64,000 nucleotides of DNA from Chloroflexota bacterium (GCA_049324835.1 JBMOMT010000060.1:126517-190516), one strand, 5' to 3'; counted from the stretch's first letter, positions 21,607-31,252 are shown. Notes: generated by a model not told the origin, from the letters alone. Made by a program: numbers and translations.

Positions 21607-22602
21607 ATGTCCACCTATCACCGTTTGTACGATCCAATTGCACAGCCGTTGTTTTGGCTCCTGTTGCCGGTCATCGGCCTGCTGGCCGGTTGCGGACCGC
21701 TCATCACCCACCCCACGTCCACGCCGCCCCCGCCCACCGAGCCGGTTTCGCTGGCAACCGTGACCTCCAGAGCCACCTCTACTCCCGCCTCTTCTACACC
21801 CATCCCCACCGACTCGCCGACGCCGACTGCCACGCCGGTGATCTATGTTTTGTTGGCTGGCGACAGCCTGTGGAGCGTGGCCTGGGAATACGGCGTGAGT
21901 GTCGAGGCGTTGCAGGAGGCCAACGGCATCATCGATCCTCGCACCTTGCAGATAGGCCAGCAGCTGGTCATTCCTCGCCAGCAAGAGGCTCTCACATCTC
22001 CCGTTACGCCTACTCCCACGCCGGTGCCGTTAGAGCCGGTCAGCCTGGGTTTTTACGATACCCCTTCCGGCGGCTTGTGGTGTTTGGGTGAGGTGTGGAA
22101 TCGTTCCGGCAGCGATGCCGAGCTGGTGCAGGTGGCCGTGGCGCTTTTTGATGCCAATCGTCGCACGCTGTTGGAACGTTCGGCTTTTACCGTGTTGGAT
22201 ATCGTGCCACAGGATGGACGCGCCGCCTTTGGCGTGCTCTTGGAGCAAAAACCGGCCGATTTTGTTGCCTACCAGGTCTGGGTGGTCGGTGGTGAGCCGC
22301 TGGCCTACCAGGGCCGTCGTTACCGGGAGCTGGCGGTGGTGGAAGATCGGGGTGAATGGAGCGGTGGCGTCTATGTCGTCAGCGGGCAGGTGGAAAACTG
22401 GGGCGCGTTGCCGGCCCAGGAGGTGACGGTGGTGGTCACGGGCTACGATGCCCAGGGGCTGGTCAGTGCGGTTCGTCTGGCCGCGGTAGAGGATGAAATA
22501 CTGCCTCCAGGCGCGCTGAGCCGCTTCCGGGTGACACTCGTCCCGGCGGGTGAGGCCATCGCTTCCTACCGGGTGCAGGTGCAGGGCTGGCGAGGGAACT
22601 GA
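21607..22602 (+). CDS. LysM domain lipoprotein with Pro/Thr-rich linkers
   Basis: Lipobox LLAGCGP, PT-rich linker, and LysM domain YVLLAGDSLWSVAWEYGVSVEALQEANGIIDPRTLQIGQQLVIP. Confidence 0.75.
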   Translation: MSTYHRLYDPIAQPLFWLLLPVIGLLAGCGPLITHPTSTPPPPTEPVSLATVTSRATSTPASSTPIPTDSPTPTATPVIYVLLAGDSLWSVAWEYGVSVEALQEANGIIDPRTLQIGQQLVIPRQQEALTSPVTPTPTPVPLEPVSLGFYDTPSGGLWCLGEVWNRSGSDAELVQVAVALFDANRRTLLERSAFTVLDIVPQDGRAAFGVLLEQKPADFVAYQVWVVGGEPLAYQGRRYRELAVVEDRGEWSGGVYVVSGQVENWGALPAQEVTVVVTGYDAQGLVSAVRLAAVEDEILPPGALSRFRVTLVPAGEAIASYRVQVQGWRGN

Positions 22603-22605
22603 GGC

Positions 22606-23316
22606 ATGGCGCATCCTGTCGAGATTGCAGCCGGGCAAAAGATGAACCTGCGCTACCGGACGATGCGCCGCATCTTTGCCTGGGTCTACCGTCTGTTGAT
22701 GCGCATCGAAGTGACCGGCCTGGAGAATTTCGAGGTCGCCGGCCCCTGTCTGGTAGTGGTCAACCACCTCAGCGTTTTTGATCCACCCCTGTTGCAGATT
22801 CTTTACCCCAGGCGAGCGGTGGCTTTTGCTGCCGACAAGTATCGCCGCCACCCGGTTTTCAGTCCCATCATGGGCCTTATCGGCAACGTGATCTATATCC
22901 GACGCGGCGAGATAGACCGGCAGGCCCTGCGCGCTGCTCTCGAGGTGCTCCGGGCAGGCGGCACCATGGGCCTGGCTCCAGAGGGCACACGCAGCAAGAT
23001 CGGTCAGTTGCAGCGGGCCAGGGAAGGCGCTGCTTACCTGGCCAGCCGCACCGATGCCACCATCGTGCCTGTGGGCATCAGCGGCACAGAAACGGTTCTG
23101 AGCAATCTGAAGCGGCTGCGCCGTAGCCGGGTGCGGGCGGTCGTCGGCCAGCCGTTCAAACTGCCGCCGGTCGATGGCCCGGTCAAAGGCGCGCAGTTGG
23201 CGGCCAACACGGATCGAATCATGTGTCGCATTGCGGCCCTGCTGCCCGAATCGTATCGCGGCTATTATCGTCATCGCTGTGCGTCGGACGGCGCGCCGCT
23301 GCCGGCAGATACCTAG
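22606..23316 (+). CDS. plsC: 1-acyl-sn-glycerol-3-phosphate acyltransferase (PlsC-like lysophospholipid acyltransferase)
   Basis: HxxxxD acyltransferase motif VVNHLSVFDPPLL, a PEGTRS block, and about 235 aa. Confidence 0.75.
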   Translation: MAHPVEIAAGQKMNLRYRTMRRIFAWVYRLLMRIEVTGLENFEVAGPCLVVVNHLSVFDPPLLQILYPRRAVAFAADKYRRHPVFSPIMGLIGNVIYIRRGEIDRQALRAALEVLRAGGTMGLAPEGTRSKIGQLQRAREGAAYLASRTDATIVPVGISGTETVLSNLKRLRRSRVRAVVGQPFKLPPVDGPVKGAQLAANTDRIMCRIAALLPESYRGYYRHRCASDGAPLPADT

Positions 23317-23331
23317 AAAAGACATCCATCG

Positions 23332-24135
23332 ATGCCGATCAAAGTGGCGTCACCCTCTGGCCGGCGCTGGCTGCGACGGACCGCCGCCCTGCTGGCGGCG
23401 GCGGTCATCCTGGCCTTTCTCCTCGCGCCGCCCACATCGGTGCTGGACAAGGCAGACAACGTGGGCTTTGCCGTTTGTCACCGCATCGATCACCGATCGT
23501 TTCACGTGCAGGGACGGCAATTGCCGCTGTGCGTCCGCTGCACCGGCACTTATCTGGGCGTGCTGGCCGGGCTGGGCGCCTTTTGGCTGCGGGGACGGCG
23601 GCGGGCGGTGGGGTTTCCACCGCTCCGGGTGCTGATCGTCCTGCTTGGTTTTTGGATGGTTTTTGGTCTGGACGGTCTCAACTCTTACCTGGCTTTGATC
23701 GGCATGCCACACCTGTACGAGCCGCATCACATCTTGCGTGTGTTCACCGGTTGCCTCAACGGTGTGGCCCTCTCGACGCTGGTGTGGCCGGTGTTCAACT
23801 TTTCTCTGTGGAAACAGACCGACCCTCAGCCCGTGATCCGTAACCTGTGGGAGATGGCAGGTATCGTGGCGCTGGCCTGGGGACTGTCGTTGGTGGTTTA
23901 CACCGAGGTCGATTTTCTGCTCTACCCGGTGGCGCTGGTGAGCAGCCTGGGTGTACTGCTGATGCTGACACTGGTCAATAGCATGCTGGTGCTGGCGCTC
24001 ATCCAGCCCAATCCCATTGCCGATACCTGGCGCGATGCGGCGCTGCCGCTGGCGTTGGGGCTGGCCCTGGCGCTGATCGAGATTGGCGTGCTGGACTTTG
24101 TGCGTTTCAACCTGCTGCCGCCGCTGTCGTTTTGA
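23332..24135 (+). CDS. DUF2085-like membrane protein (CxxC...CxxC metal-binding membrane protein)
   Basis: GFAVCHRIDHRSFHVQGRQLPLCVRCTGTYLGVL then 5-6 TM helices. The DUF number is recalled from memory. Confidence 0.45.
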   Translation: MPIKVASPSGRRWLRRTAALLAAAVILAFLLAPPTSVLDKADNVGFAVCHRIDHRSFHVQGRQLPLCVRCTGTYLGVLAGLGAFWLRGRRRAVGFPPLRVLIVLLGFWMVFGLDGLNSYLALIGMPHLYEPHHILRVFTGCLNGVALSTLVWPVFNFSLWKQTDPQPVIRNLWEMAGIVALAWGLSLVVYTEVDFLLYPVALVSSLGVLLMLTLVNSMLVLALIQPNPIADTWRDAALPLALGLALALIEIGVLDFVRFNLLPPLSF

Positions 24136-24196
24136 GCCAGCCTCACGGCGGCGTATCCGGTTGCCAGAGCCGCAACCCGGCACAGGTGGGTGCGTA

Positions 24197-24225
24197 TTGT
24201 CATTGTGGTCATCCTCTGGTATAAT
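24197..24225 (+). promoter_or_regulatory. putative promoter TTGTCA-17-TGGTATAAT (extended -10) for the DUF4013-like gene
   Basis: -35 at 24197-24202, TGG at 24217-24219, TATAAT at 24220-24225. AAAGGAG RBS at 24258-24264 before ATG 24271. Confidence 0.45.
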
Positions 24226-24270
24226 GCCCGTGTTTCGGTCGAATCGACTTTTGATAGAAAGGAGCTCTCT

Positions 24271-24930
24271 ATGAACCTCGGCAAAGCGTTCACTTTTGTG
24301 TTCGACGACGAAAACTGGATCGTCAAGGTGTTGATCGGCGGCGTGTTGAGCCTCATCCCCATCGTTGGTCAGATTCTGGTCTTTGGTTACGCCATCGAAG
24401 TGATGAAAAACGTGATGCGAGGCGCGTCCGACCCTCTGCCCGAGTGGGACGACTGGGGCGCCAAGCTGGTCAACGGCATCATGTACTTTGTCATCAGCAT
24501 CGTGTATGCTTTGCCCATCATCCTGTTGGGCGTGTGTTTTGGGCTGCTGATGTCGTTGACGGGCGCGGCTGAGGCCGAGGAAGCGGCGACCGTATTGGGC
24601 TCGCTGGGCGGCATTTGTTATGGTGGCTTTGCACTGGTCTATGGTATTTTCCTGGCGCTGGCTTTGCCGGCGGCGCTGGGTCGCTACCTGGAAACAGGTG
24701 AGCTGGGCGCGGCCTTTCGTTTTGCCGATGTGTGGGCCCTGGTGCGGGCCAACATCGGCGGTTGGCTCATCGCGCTGGTACTTTCCTGGCTGGCGGGTCT
24801 GGTCGCCGGGCTGGGCGTGATCCTCTGTTTTGTGGGTGTACTGTTCACCAGTTTTTGGTCCACGCTGGTGATGACCTATCTGTGGGGTGATGCCTACCGC
24901 GAGGCCAGCGCTGGCGCGGCGTTGGTATAG
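24271..24930 (+). CDS. DUF4013-like integral membrane protein
   Basis: MNLGKAFTFVFDDENWIVKVLIGGVLSLIPIVGQILVFGYAIEVMKNV... with multi-TM. Start at internal ATG 24271. Confidence 0.5.
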   Translation: MNLGKAFTFVFDDENWIVKVLIGGVLSLIPIVGQILVFGYAIEVMKNVMRGASDPLPEWDDWGAKLVNGIMYFVISIVYALPIILLGVCFGLLMSLTGAAEAEEAATVLGSLGGICYGGFALVYGIFLALALPAALGRYLETGELGAAFRFADVWALVRANIGGWLIALVLSWLAGLVAGLGVILCFVGVLFTSFWSTLVMTYLWGDAYREASAGAALV

Positions 24931-24939
24931 GGGCGCAAC

Positions 24940-25512
24940 ATGCTCGATGTCATCAGCGGTCTGGCAACGGGTCTGGGCCTCTCGTCGTCGGCAGGGCTGA
25001 ACGCCTACCTGCCGCTGCTGATCCTGGCGCTGGCGGCGCGGTTTACCGACTGGATCACACTCAACGAACCGTGGGATGCCCTGACCAGCGGCTGGATCAT
25101 CGTTTTGCTGGCAGCGCTGTTGGCCGTGGAGGTGGTGGCCGACAAGATGCCCGCCGTGGATCACATCAACGATACGATCCAGACCTTTATCCGGCCTGCG
25201 GCGGGGGCGCTCCTGTTTGCCGCCAGCTCCGATGCTGTGGCCAACATCCATCCGGTGTTTGCGATGGCCTGCGGTGTGATCGTGGCCGGAGGGGTGCATG
25301 CTGTCAAGGCCACGGCGCGCCCGGCAGTAACCGTCACCACTGCCGGGGTGGGTAATCCCATCGTCAGCACCCTGGAGGATATCACTTCGGCGCTTGTGGC
25401 TCTGTTGTCGATCTTGCTCCCCACGTTGATGGTCCTGGTCCTGTTGCTGTTGTTTGTCCTGGCGATTGGCTGGTATTGGCGGCGACGGCGTGTGCGCGCG
25501 GCACGCGCCTGA
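24940..25512 (+). CDS. DUF4126-like membrane protein
   Basis: MLDVISGLATGLGLSSSAGLNAYLPLLILALAARF is the characteristic N-terminus. 4-5 TM helices. 9 nt after the previous gene. Confidence 0.5.
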   Translation: MLDVISGLATGLGLSSSAGLNAYLPLLILALAARFTDWITLNEPWDALTSGWIIVLLAALLAVEVVADKMPAVDHINDTIQTFIRPAAGALLFAASSDAVANIHPVFAMACGVIVAGGVHAVKATARPAVTVTTAGVGNPIVSTLEDITSALVALLSILLPTLMVLVLLLLFVLAIGWYWRRRRVRAARA

Positions 25513-25560
25513 GCCGGCGGTGTTGTTTTAATCCCTATGATTTCGAGAAAGGAGTGTTCC

Positions 25561-25776
25561 ATGGCAGAAGGCATTTATGTAGCTCCAGAGGCGGCGCCGA
25601 CGCCCAAGAAGAACAATACGCTGTTGATCGTCCTGGCCGTGGTGGTGGGGCTGATCGTCGTTTGCTGCTGCTGCGCTTTGGCTTTCTTTTTCCTGGGGCC
25701 GATGCTCCTTGGCCCAGAGATCGGCAATGTCTTTTCCAATATCGTTGAAGGCCTGGAGATGACACCCGTTCCCTAA
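25561..25776 (+). CDS. small single-TM protein with CCCC motif (hypothetical)
   Basis: AAAGGAG at 25547-25553 then ATG 25561. MAEGIYVAPEAAPTPKKNNTLLIVLAVVVGLIVVCCCCALAFFFLGP. 71 aa. Confidence 0.4.
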   Translation: MAEGIYVAPEAAPTPKKNNTLLIVLAVVVGLIVVCCCCALAFFFLGPMLLGPEIGNVFSNIVEGLEMTPVP

Positions 25777-25876
25777 CCAGCACGTTTTCGAATACGTTTT
25801 GACGGCGAGAGCGCGGCGAAGGGGCTTTTTTTCTTCGTTGTGCTCTCGCATTTTTCAGATGCAGACGGAGCGTTCG

Positions 25877-26734
25877 ATGCCTTTTGGCGCCCACATGTCC
25901 ATCGCTGGCGGCGTGGATCGGGCCTTGCTGCGCGGCCAGAAAATCGGCTGCGAGACCATTCAGATCTTTACCAAGAGCAACCGCCAGTGGACTGCTACCC
26001 CTCTGAGCGTGGACGAGATCGAACGTTGGTATCAGAACCTGGAAAGCGCGGCCATCGCCCCGGTGGTTGCACACACCGCCTACCTGATCAATCTGGCGTC
26101 CTCGGACAGGGTGGTGGCTCAGAGATCGCTGGAGGCGTTGGTCATCGAGATGCAGCGCTGTGAGACGTTGAGTATTCCCTACCTGGTGTTGCATCCTGGC
26201 TCGCACACCGGCGCTGGCGAGGAGGCTGGTCTGCGCCGGATCGCTGAGGCGCTGGATGGGGCCTACGAGCGGCTGCCGGAGGCGCGGGTCTCGGTGCTGT
26301 TAGAGACGACGGCGGGCCAGGGCACCAGTCTGGGCCACCGATTCGAGCACCTGGCGCGTATCATCCAGTTGGCTGCCGTGGGTGAGTTTTTGGGGGTCTG
26401 TTTCGACACCTGCCACGCGCTGGCGGCAGGGTACGACATTCGCACGCCGCAGGGCTACGCCGCAACGTTCGTTCAATTCGAGCGCAGCATCGGCCTGGAA
26501 CGGCTCAGGGTGTTCCATATCAACGATTCCAGGGGTGAGCTGGGCAGTCGCGTGGACCGCCACGCGCACATTGGCCGGGGACACGTTGGCCTGGAAGGCT
26601 TGGGTCTGTTGGTGAACGATCCACGCTTTCGAGAGCATCCGATGCTGCTGGAAACACCCAAAAGCGCAGACATGCACGAGGACGTGGAAAACCTGGCCAC
26701 ACTTTACAGCCTGCTGGCTAACTCGCAGCCCTGA
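25877..26734 (+). CDS. nfo: deoxyribonuclease IV / endonuclease IV (AP endonuclease family 2)
   Basis: MPFGAHMSIAGGVDRALLRGQKIGCETIQIFTKSNRQW is the canonical Nfo N-terminus. His/Glu/Asp metal ligands throughout. Start at internal ATG 25877. Confidence 0.85.
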   Translation: MPFGAHMSIAGGVDRALLRGQKIGCETIQIFTKSNRQWTATPLSVDEIERWYQNLESAAIAPVVAHTAYLINLASSDRVVAQRSLEALVIEMQRCETLSIPYLVLHPGSHTGAGEEAGLRRIAEALDGAYERLPEARVSVLLETTAGQGTSLGHRFEHLARIIQLAAVGEFLGVCFDTCHALAAGYDIRTPQGYAATFVQFERSIGLERLRVFHINDSRGELGSRVDRHAHIGRGHVGLEGLGLLVNDPRFREHPMLLETPKSADMHEDVENLATLYSLLANSQP

Positions 26735-26848
26735 TCGCCGCTGGATGCTATTGACAGTTCTGCCGTTATGTCGTATAATCTAGATGTCTTACCTGACGGT
26801 AAAATCGGCCAGGGTTGTTGTCCTCCTCAATGTGAAGGGAGAAAAACC

Positions 26849-27403
26849 ATGACATCACCAACCCCGAAACAAACGAATCGAAGCGAGTCTTTTTGGTTGG
26901 CCTTTGAAAAGTTTGCCCTCGTCTTTTCCTTTTCAGTGAACATCGTCCTGCTGGTGGCGGTTTTGGTGTTGCTGGGGTTGTTGATCCCGATCAAGAATCA
27001 AGTGGCCCGGCCCATCGTGGATCAGGTGATGGGTGAGATCCATCGCCTGGGTGATACCCACATCCAGACGACGGTAACGGTGGAGGACGAGATCCAGGTC
27101 AAGTTCGATCTGCCCCTCAACCAGGAGGTCAACGTCACCACCACCGCTCCGGTGCCGCTGACCACCGACGCCTATTTTACTTTGCCGGGCGGTGGCGGCT
27201 ACATTCGCGGCACGGTGAGCATCGAATTACCGGCCAATACCACCCTGCCGGTGCTGCTCAATACCACGGTGCCGGTGGATCAAAAAGTGCCGGTCAAATT
27301 ATCGGTGCCGGTGGACATCAACCTGGGCGATACCGACCTCAAGGCCGTTGTAGACAGTTTTGAAGAGTTACTCCAGCCTATCGACGACCTTTTGGGTGAA
27401 TGA
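26849..27403 (+). CDS. hypothetical membrane-anchored protein
   Basis: RBS GAAGGGAGA then ATG 26849. N-terminal TM (FALVFSFSVNIVLLVAVLVLLGLLIPI). Thr/Val-rich beta-like C-terminal region. Confidence 0.45.
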   Translation: MTSPTPKQTNRSESFWLAFEKFALVFSFSVNIVLLVAVLVLLGLLIPIKNQVARPIVDQVMGEIHRLGDTHIQTTVTVEDEIQVKFDLPLNQEVNVTTTAPVPLTTDAYFTLPGGGGYIRGTVSIELPANTTLPVLLNTTVPVDQKVPVKLSVPVDINLGDTDLKAVVDSFEELLQPIDDLLGE

Positions 27404-27459
27404 ACTATCGGCCGTTTTTACACCGCAACACACAGCCCCCTCGTATCACGCAGGGGGCT

Positions 27460-28104
27460 TTATTTTGGCTCGTGCTCACCTGCCCGGAGAACCTCGAGAA
27501 ACTCTTCCAGGATCATGGCCGTAGCGCCCCAGACGTGATGTCCTGTCACCAGAAAAAAAGGGATCTGTACCGTGGCGCCATAACGCGATTCAGTCTTTTC
27601 GTGCCGTGTGGTCGGATCGGCCAGGCAGCGCAGAGATACCTCCAGCACCTCGGCCACTTCAACCGGGTCGGGCGACCAGACGGGGCGGGCGTCTGTCCAG
27701 CCGACCACCGGCGTCAGGCAAAAATCGCTGGGTGGGATGTACAGCGGCGTCAGTTGGCCCAGTATACGCACCGCCAGGGGCGGCACGCCAAGCTCCTCGG
27801 ACGTTTCGCGCAGGGCCGCCTGTTCGGCAGATTCGCCTGTCTCGCGGCGCCCACCGGGCAGTGAGATCTGCCCTCTGTGATTACCCAGATTCTCGCTGCG
27901 GCGGGTGAGCACCAGATGCACCTCTCTCCGGTGAGGGTAGAGCAGTATCAGCCCGCTGCCCTGGCGGGGTGAAACATGGTTTCCGGGCAGCCAGCCCGGT
28001 CGCGGCTGGGGGGCCATGCGTCGTTGTGCTTCCAGGCCGGGTTTGGGACCCTGGAGCAGGCGCTGGATCGTTTCAGGGTTGGGGTCTTGCCAGGCGTTTT
28101 TCAT
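27460..28104 (-). CDS. NUDIX hydrolase (CoA pyrophosphatase-like)
   Basis: Nudix box LPGGRRETGESAEQAALRETSEELGV. Start at internal ATG 28102-28104. Confidence 0.75.
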   Translation of the reverse strand: MKNAWQDPNPETIQRLLQGPKPGLEAQRRMAPQPRPGWLPGNHVSPRQGSGLILLYPHRREVHLVLTRRSENLGNHRGQISLPGGRRETGESAEQAALRETSEELGVPPLAVRILGQLTPLYIPPSDFCLTPVVGWTDARPVWSPDPVEVAEVLEVSLRCLADPTTRHEKTESRYGATVQIPFFLVTGHHVWGATAMILEEFLEVLRAGEHEPK

Positions 28105-28106
28105 TT

Positions 28107-28574
28107 TTACGTTTCGGCGAAAACCTGCCAATCACCCAAAGCCTCTGTCATGCTGTCCAGCATCTCTTGAGGCATCGGCAGATAGGTGGCGGTGGCGCTG
28201 ACAGCCACACTGCCGTCGGCCAGATGTAACTCTCCCCGGGCTTCCAGCAAACGCCGCGTCTCGCGCACCGTCTCGCCGACGATAGTGAGCGGCTGGTTCA
28301 AAGGGATCATCTGTTTGTAACGGATCTCCATGCGGGCGGTGACCATCCACACCTCATGCGCTATCAGCACCCGCCCCAACGCTTCGTCGAGCAGGGCGGC
28401 GGCGATGCCGCCGTGGAGCAGGCCCGGATAGCCCTGGTGCTCTGCGCCTGGGGTAAAGGTGGCTATCACCCGACCCTCGCCGTCCTGGTAAAAGGATTGT
28501 TTGAGGCCGATTGGGTTGTCGATGCCGCAGACGAAACACATCCGCGAATTGGGTTGTTTTACCAAATTGTCCAA
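28107..28574 (-). CDS. PaaI-family hotdog thioesterase
   Basis: FTPGAEHQGYPGLLHGGIAAALLDEALG is a hotdog-fold thioesterase motif. 155 aa. Confidence 0.75.
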   Translation of the reverse strand: MDNLVKQPNSRMCFVCGIDNPIGLKQSFYQDGEGRVIATFTPGAEHQGYPGLLHGGIAAALLDEALGRVLIAHEVWMVTARMEIRYKQMIPLNQPLTIVGETVRETRRLLEARGELHLADGSVAVSATATYLPMPQEMLDSMTEALGDWQVFAET

Positions 28575-28601
28575 GAGGTCTGTCTCCTTGAGAAGGGGTG
28601 G

Positions 28602-29261
28602 TCAACTGAACAGCAGGTATAACACGCCGGCTGAGATCAGGGGCACGGTCAGGTTGTCCAGATGCCAGGGGGTGATGGCCTCGGTGAGTGTGGCTGCCAG
28701 GGCGACGATGAGCGCATAGAGCAAGCTGGGGCCCAGGGCCAGCGGTGGAAAGAGCCATAACGCCAATGCTGTGGCGGCAAAAGCGAACAACAGCATCGAC
28801 ACAGAGCCTTCCAACGAACGGCTGCTGCCCCACAGGGTGTAACGCAACTGCCCATAGCGTGCGCCCAAAACGGCTGCCAGGGCGTCGCCCCAGGTCATGG
28901 GCATCAGGCTGGCCACCAGCAGGTGAGGCCGCGACCAGAACAGGACAATGATGAAACAAAAGGAAAGAGGAAAGTAGATGGTGCCCAGGTTGCCTTTTTC
29001 GCCGGTTTCCATGGCCTTGAAGGTTTCCCGACGATAGGAGAGGTAATTGATCGGGATAAAGGACAGCGGTGGAATGACGGCCATCGTCCAGCGGTCAAAG
29101 AGCAGCACCGTGCCCACCGACCACATGCCCACGGCGATGTGAATGACCTTGCGGGTGAAATCGGTGGAGTAGCGGCGCCGTTTGCGCAGCCCTTCGGCAG
29201 CCGCGATAACGCCAAAAACATAGACATAAGACAGCGCCAGAGCCAACCAGTCAGAAGCCAT
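28602..29261 (-). CDS. CTP-dependent polyprenol/dolichol/phytol kinase family membrane protein (CdsA-superfamily)
   Basis: 6 TM helices. FTRKVIHIAVG and TWGDALAAVLGARYG blocks resemble the dolichol-kinase/phytol-kinase signature. Tentative. Confidence 0.45.
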   Translation of the reverse strand: MASDWLALALSYVYVFGVIAAAEGLRKRRRYSTDFTRKVIHIAVGMWSVGTVLLFDRWTMAVIPPLSFIPINYLSYRRETFKAMETGEKGNLGTIYFPLSFCFIIVLFWSRPHLLVASLMPMTWGDALAAVLGARYGQLRYTLWGSSRSLEGSVSMLLFAFAATALALWLFPPLALGPSLLYALIVALAATLTEAITPWHLDNLTVPLISAGVLYLLFS

Positions 29262-29270
29262 TGTCCTCCC

Positions 29271-30224
29271 TCAGATAACCAATCGATTGTAGAGATTTTC
29301 CAGGCTCAAGTCAGAGCAGACGGTGTCGCGGCACTGGAGAGTCAAGGCCGCCGCCGAGACGCCCAGACGCACCGCCTCGTCCACCGGGAAATGGTTGAGC
29401 AGGCCAAAAAGGACGGCGGCTGTCAGGGCATCGCCCGCACCGGTGAGATCCACGATCTCACATTCCATAGCCGGGATGTGGCCGCTGGCGTGGGGTGTAG
29501 CGTAGACCAGTCCCTGATCGGCCAGGGTGATGATGGCGATCTCGACGCCCAGGCTCACCAGCTTTTTGGCCGCTACCACTGCCTCGTCGCGATGGCCTGC
29601 CGGCAGGCCGCAGAGCGCCTCGGCCTCCAGCGCGTTGGGAGTGATCATGTACAGTTCTGCCAGGTGAGGGCACAAACGGGATGCCAGCGAGGTCGAGGTG
29701 GGATCGGCGCAGACGCGCAGGCCGTATTGGCGTGTCTGCCGAAAAAGCGAGTCCAGCGTTTTCGGCGAGAGGTTGGCGTCGATGGTCACCATCGACGCCT
29801 GCCGCAGCCATCTTCGTTGGCTGTAGAGGTAACGCGGCGTCACGGCCCGCATGATGCTCATATCGGCCAGCGACACCGCCAGGTTGTTTTCCCGATCCAG
29901 TATGGCCAGGTAGGCGCCGGTGGGATGGTCTGGACTGATCAGCACCTGATCCACGTTCACGCCGCTGTGTTGCGCCTGATCCAGCAGATGTCGCCCGGCC
30001 TCATCCTCACCCACCGCCGAGAGCAGCATCGTTTTGAGCCCCAGACGGGCCAGATTTTCGGCGATGTTGCGCCCCACACCACCCACGCTCACCCGCACGT
30101 GCCCGGCGATGGAGGTGCCGCTTTGGAGCGGCTCGGTGGCATAACCTTTGGTATCCATGGCTGCCGCGCCAATGACCACCACTGTGCCACTGTTTCTGCG
30201 ATCTGTTCTCATCCCGCCTGGCAT
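29271..30224 (-). CDS. PfkB family carbohydrate/nucleoside kinase (ribokinase-like)
   Basis: N-terminal VVVIGAAAMDTKGY and C-terminal DLTGAGDALTAAVLFGL (PfkB signature 2). Confidence 0.7.
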   Translation of the reverse strand: MPGGMRTDRRNSGTVVVIGAAAMDTKGYATEPLQSGTSIAGHVRVSVGGVGRNIAENLARLGLKTMLLSAVGEDEAGRHLLDQAQHSGVNVDQVLISPDHPTGAYLAILDRENNLAVSLADMSIMRAVTPRYLYSQRRWLRQASMVTIDANLSPKTLDSLFRQTRQYGLRVCADPTSTSLASRLCPHLAELYMITPNALEAEALCGLPAGHRDEAVVAAKKLVSLGVEIAIITLADQGLVYATPHASGHIPAMECEIVDLTGAGDALTAAVLFGLLNHFPVDEAVRLGVSAAALTLQCRDTVCSDLSLENLYNRLVI

Positions 30225-30272
30225 AGTCCCCCTTTTCCAGAGCCTGGCATTATGGGCCAGGGATGGCCAGAC

Positions 30273-31220
30273 TCACTTGACGAACGTCCACCAATCGCGC
30301 ACATCGATGGCGCGGATGCGACCCCACATATCGGCTGTGATGGCCCAGCGGGCCACCGTGCCCTTTTCGTCCGATTCGCTGATCCTGGCCTCTTTGGTGC
30401 GGGTGGCGGTGAGTGTACCTGCCGGGCGGTTGATGGACACAGAGGCCGTGCCGGTCTTTTCCGTGGTGCTTTCCGTGCGCCTGAGGCTGATGACCACCTG
30501 GATGCCGGCGTCGGCGGTGCGCTCGATGTTTTCGATGGTTGGCTCTGCGTCGAGGCCCAGTTGCTGCCTGGCCGATTTCAGGACGATGTTCAACAAACGG
30601 GCGGTGTTGGTAAAAACCGGCTGAGGCATGATCCCGTCCAGGGCGCGCACCTCGGCGTTGACCATCATGCCGGTGAGGGCCAGGGTGATCAGGACGAAAA
30701 ACAGGCTGTAGACGATGGATGCGATCAGTTTTTCCATGAACCCTGGCTCTTGCGGCGGCAGGATCCAATACTTCATCATGATGAGCGTGACCATGCCCAT
30801 GCCCAGGCCGACGAAAAAGGCCCCCAGCTCGATGAGCTCCAGCGAAATGCCAAAACCACTCTGGAACGGTTTGGCCCAGTTGGCGATTCGAAAGGCGGGG
30901 GCTTTGTTCTTCAGGATGACAAAGGCCACCAGAGAGAGCACGATAGCCAGCAGCCCGCCCACCCAGTGCGGCTGGTTGCCCGTGACGCCGAGGACGAGCG
31001 CCACCAGCGGCAGCACGAGCGGGGAGAGTTTGCCCAGTTTTTTGAGCGGGCTTTCTTTTTTGTCTTTCTCCCGCCAGCCATAGATATCCTCCTGGCAGCG
31101 TGGGCAGCAGCAGCGCTTGCCATACAGATCGGTGGGCTTTTCTTTGCCGGTTGGCGTATAACCGCTGCATTGGAGCTCGATCAGCGCATATTGACCGTGG
31201 CACACTGGACAGGTGGGCAT
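30273..31220 (-). CDS. zinc-ribbon membrane protein (hypothetical; possible flotillin partner)
   Basis: N-terminal double CxxC (MPTCPVCHGQ...CCCPRCQ), 4-5 TM helices, and a soluble beta-rich C-terminus. The overlapping 30250..31299 frame is Arg/His-rich junk. Confidence 0.55.
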   Translation of the reverse strand: MPTCPVCHGQYALIELQCSGYTPTGKEKPTDLYGKRCCCPRCQEDIYGWREKDKKESPLKKLGKLSPLVLPLVALVLGVTGNQPHWVGGLLAIVLSLVAFVILKNKAPAFRIANWAKPFQSGFGISLELIELGAFFVGLGMGMVTLIMMKYWILPPQEPGFMEKLIASIVYSLFFVLITLALTGMMVNAEVRALDGIMPQPVFTNTARLLNIVLKSARQQLGLDAEPTIENIERTADAGIQVVISLRRTESTTEKTGTASVSINRPAGTLTATRTKEARISESDEKGTVARWAITADMWGRIRAIDVRDWWTFVK

Positions 31221-31252
31221 GGCAGTTCACTCCTTTTGCCAGGAATGCCGAT

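Noticed and set aside
23350-25299. 649-aa minus-strand ORF
   Set aside because: It is antisense to three well-supported plus-strand membrane-protein genes. The product is a Gln/Arg/His/Asp-rich low-complexity sequence with no motifs. It is the typical stop-free antisense frame of a GC-rich genome.
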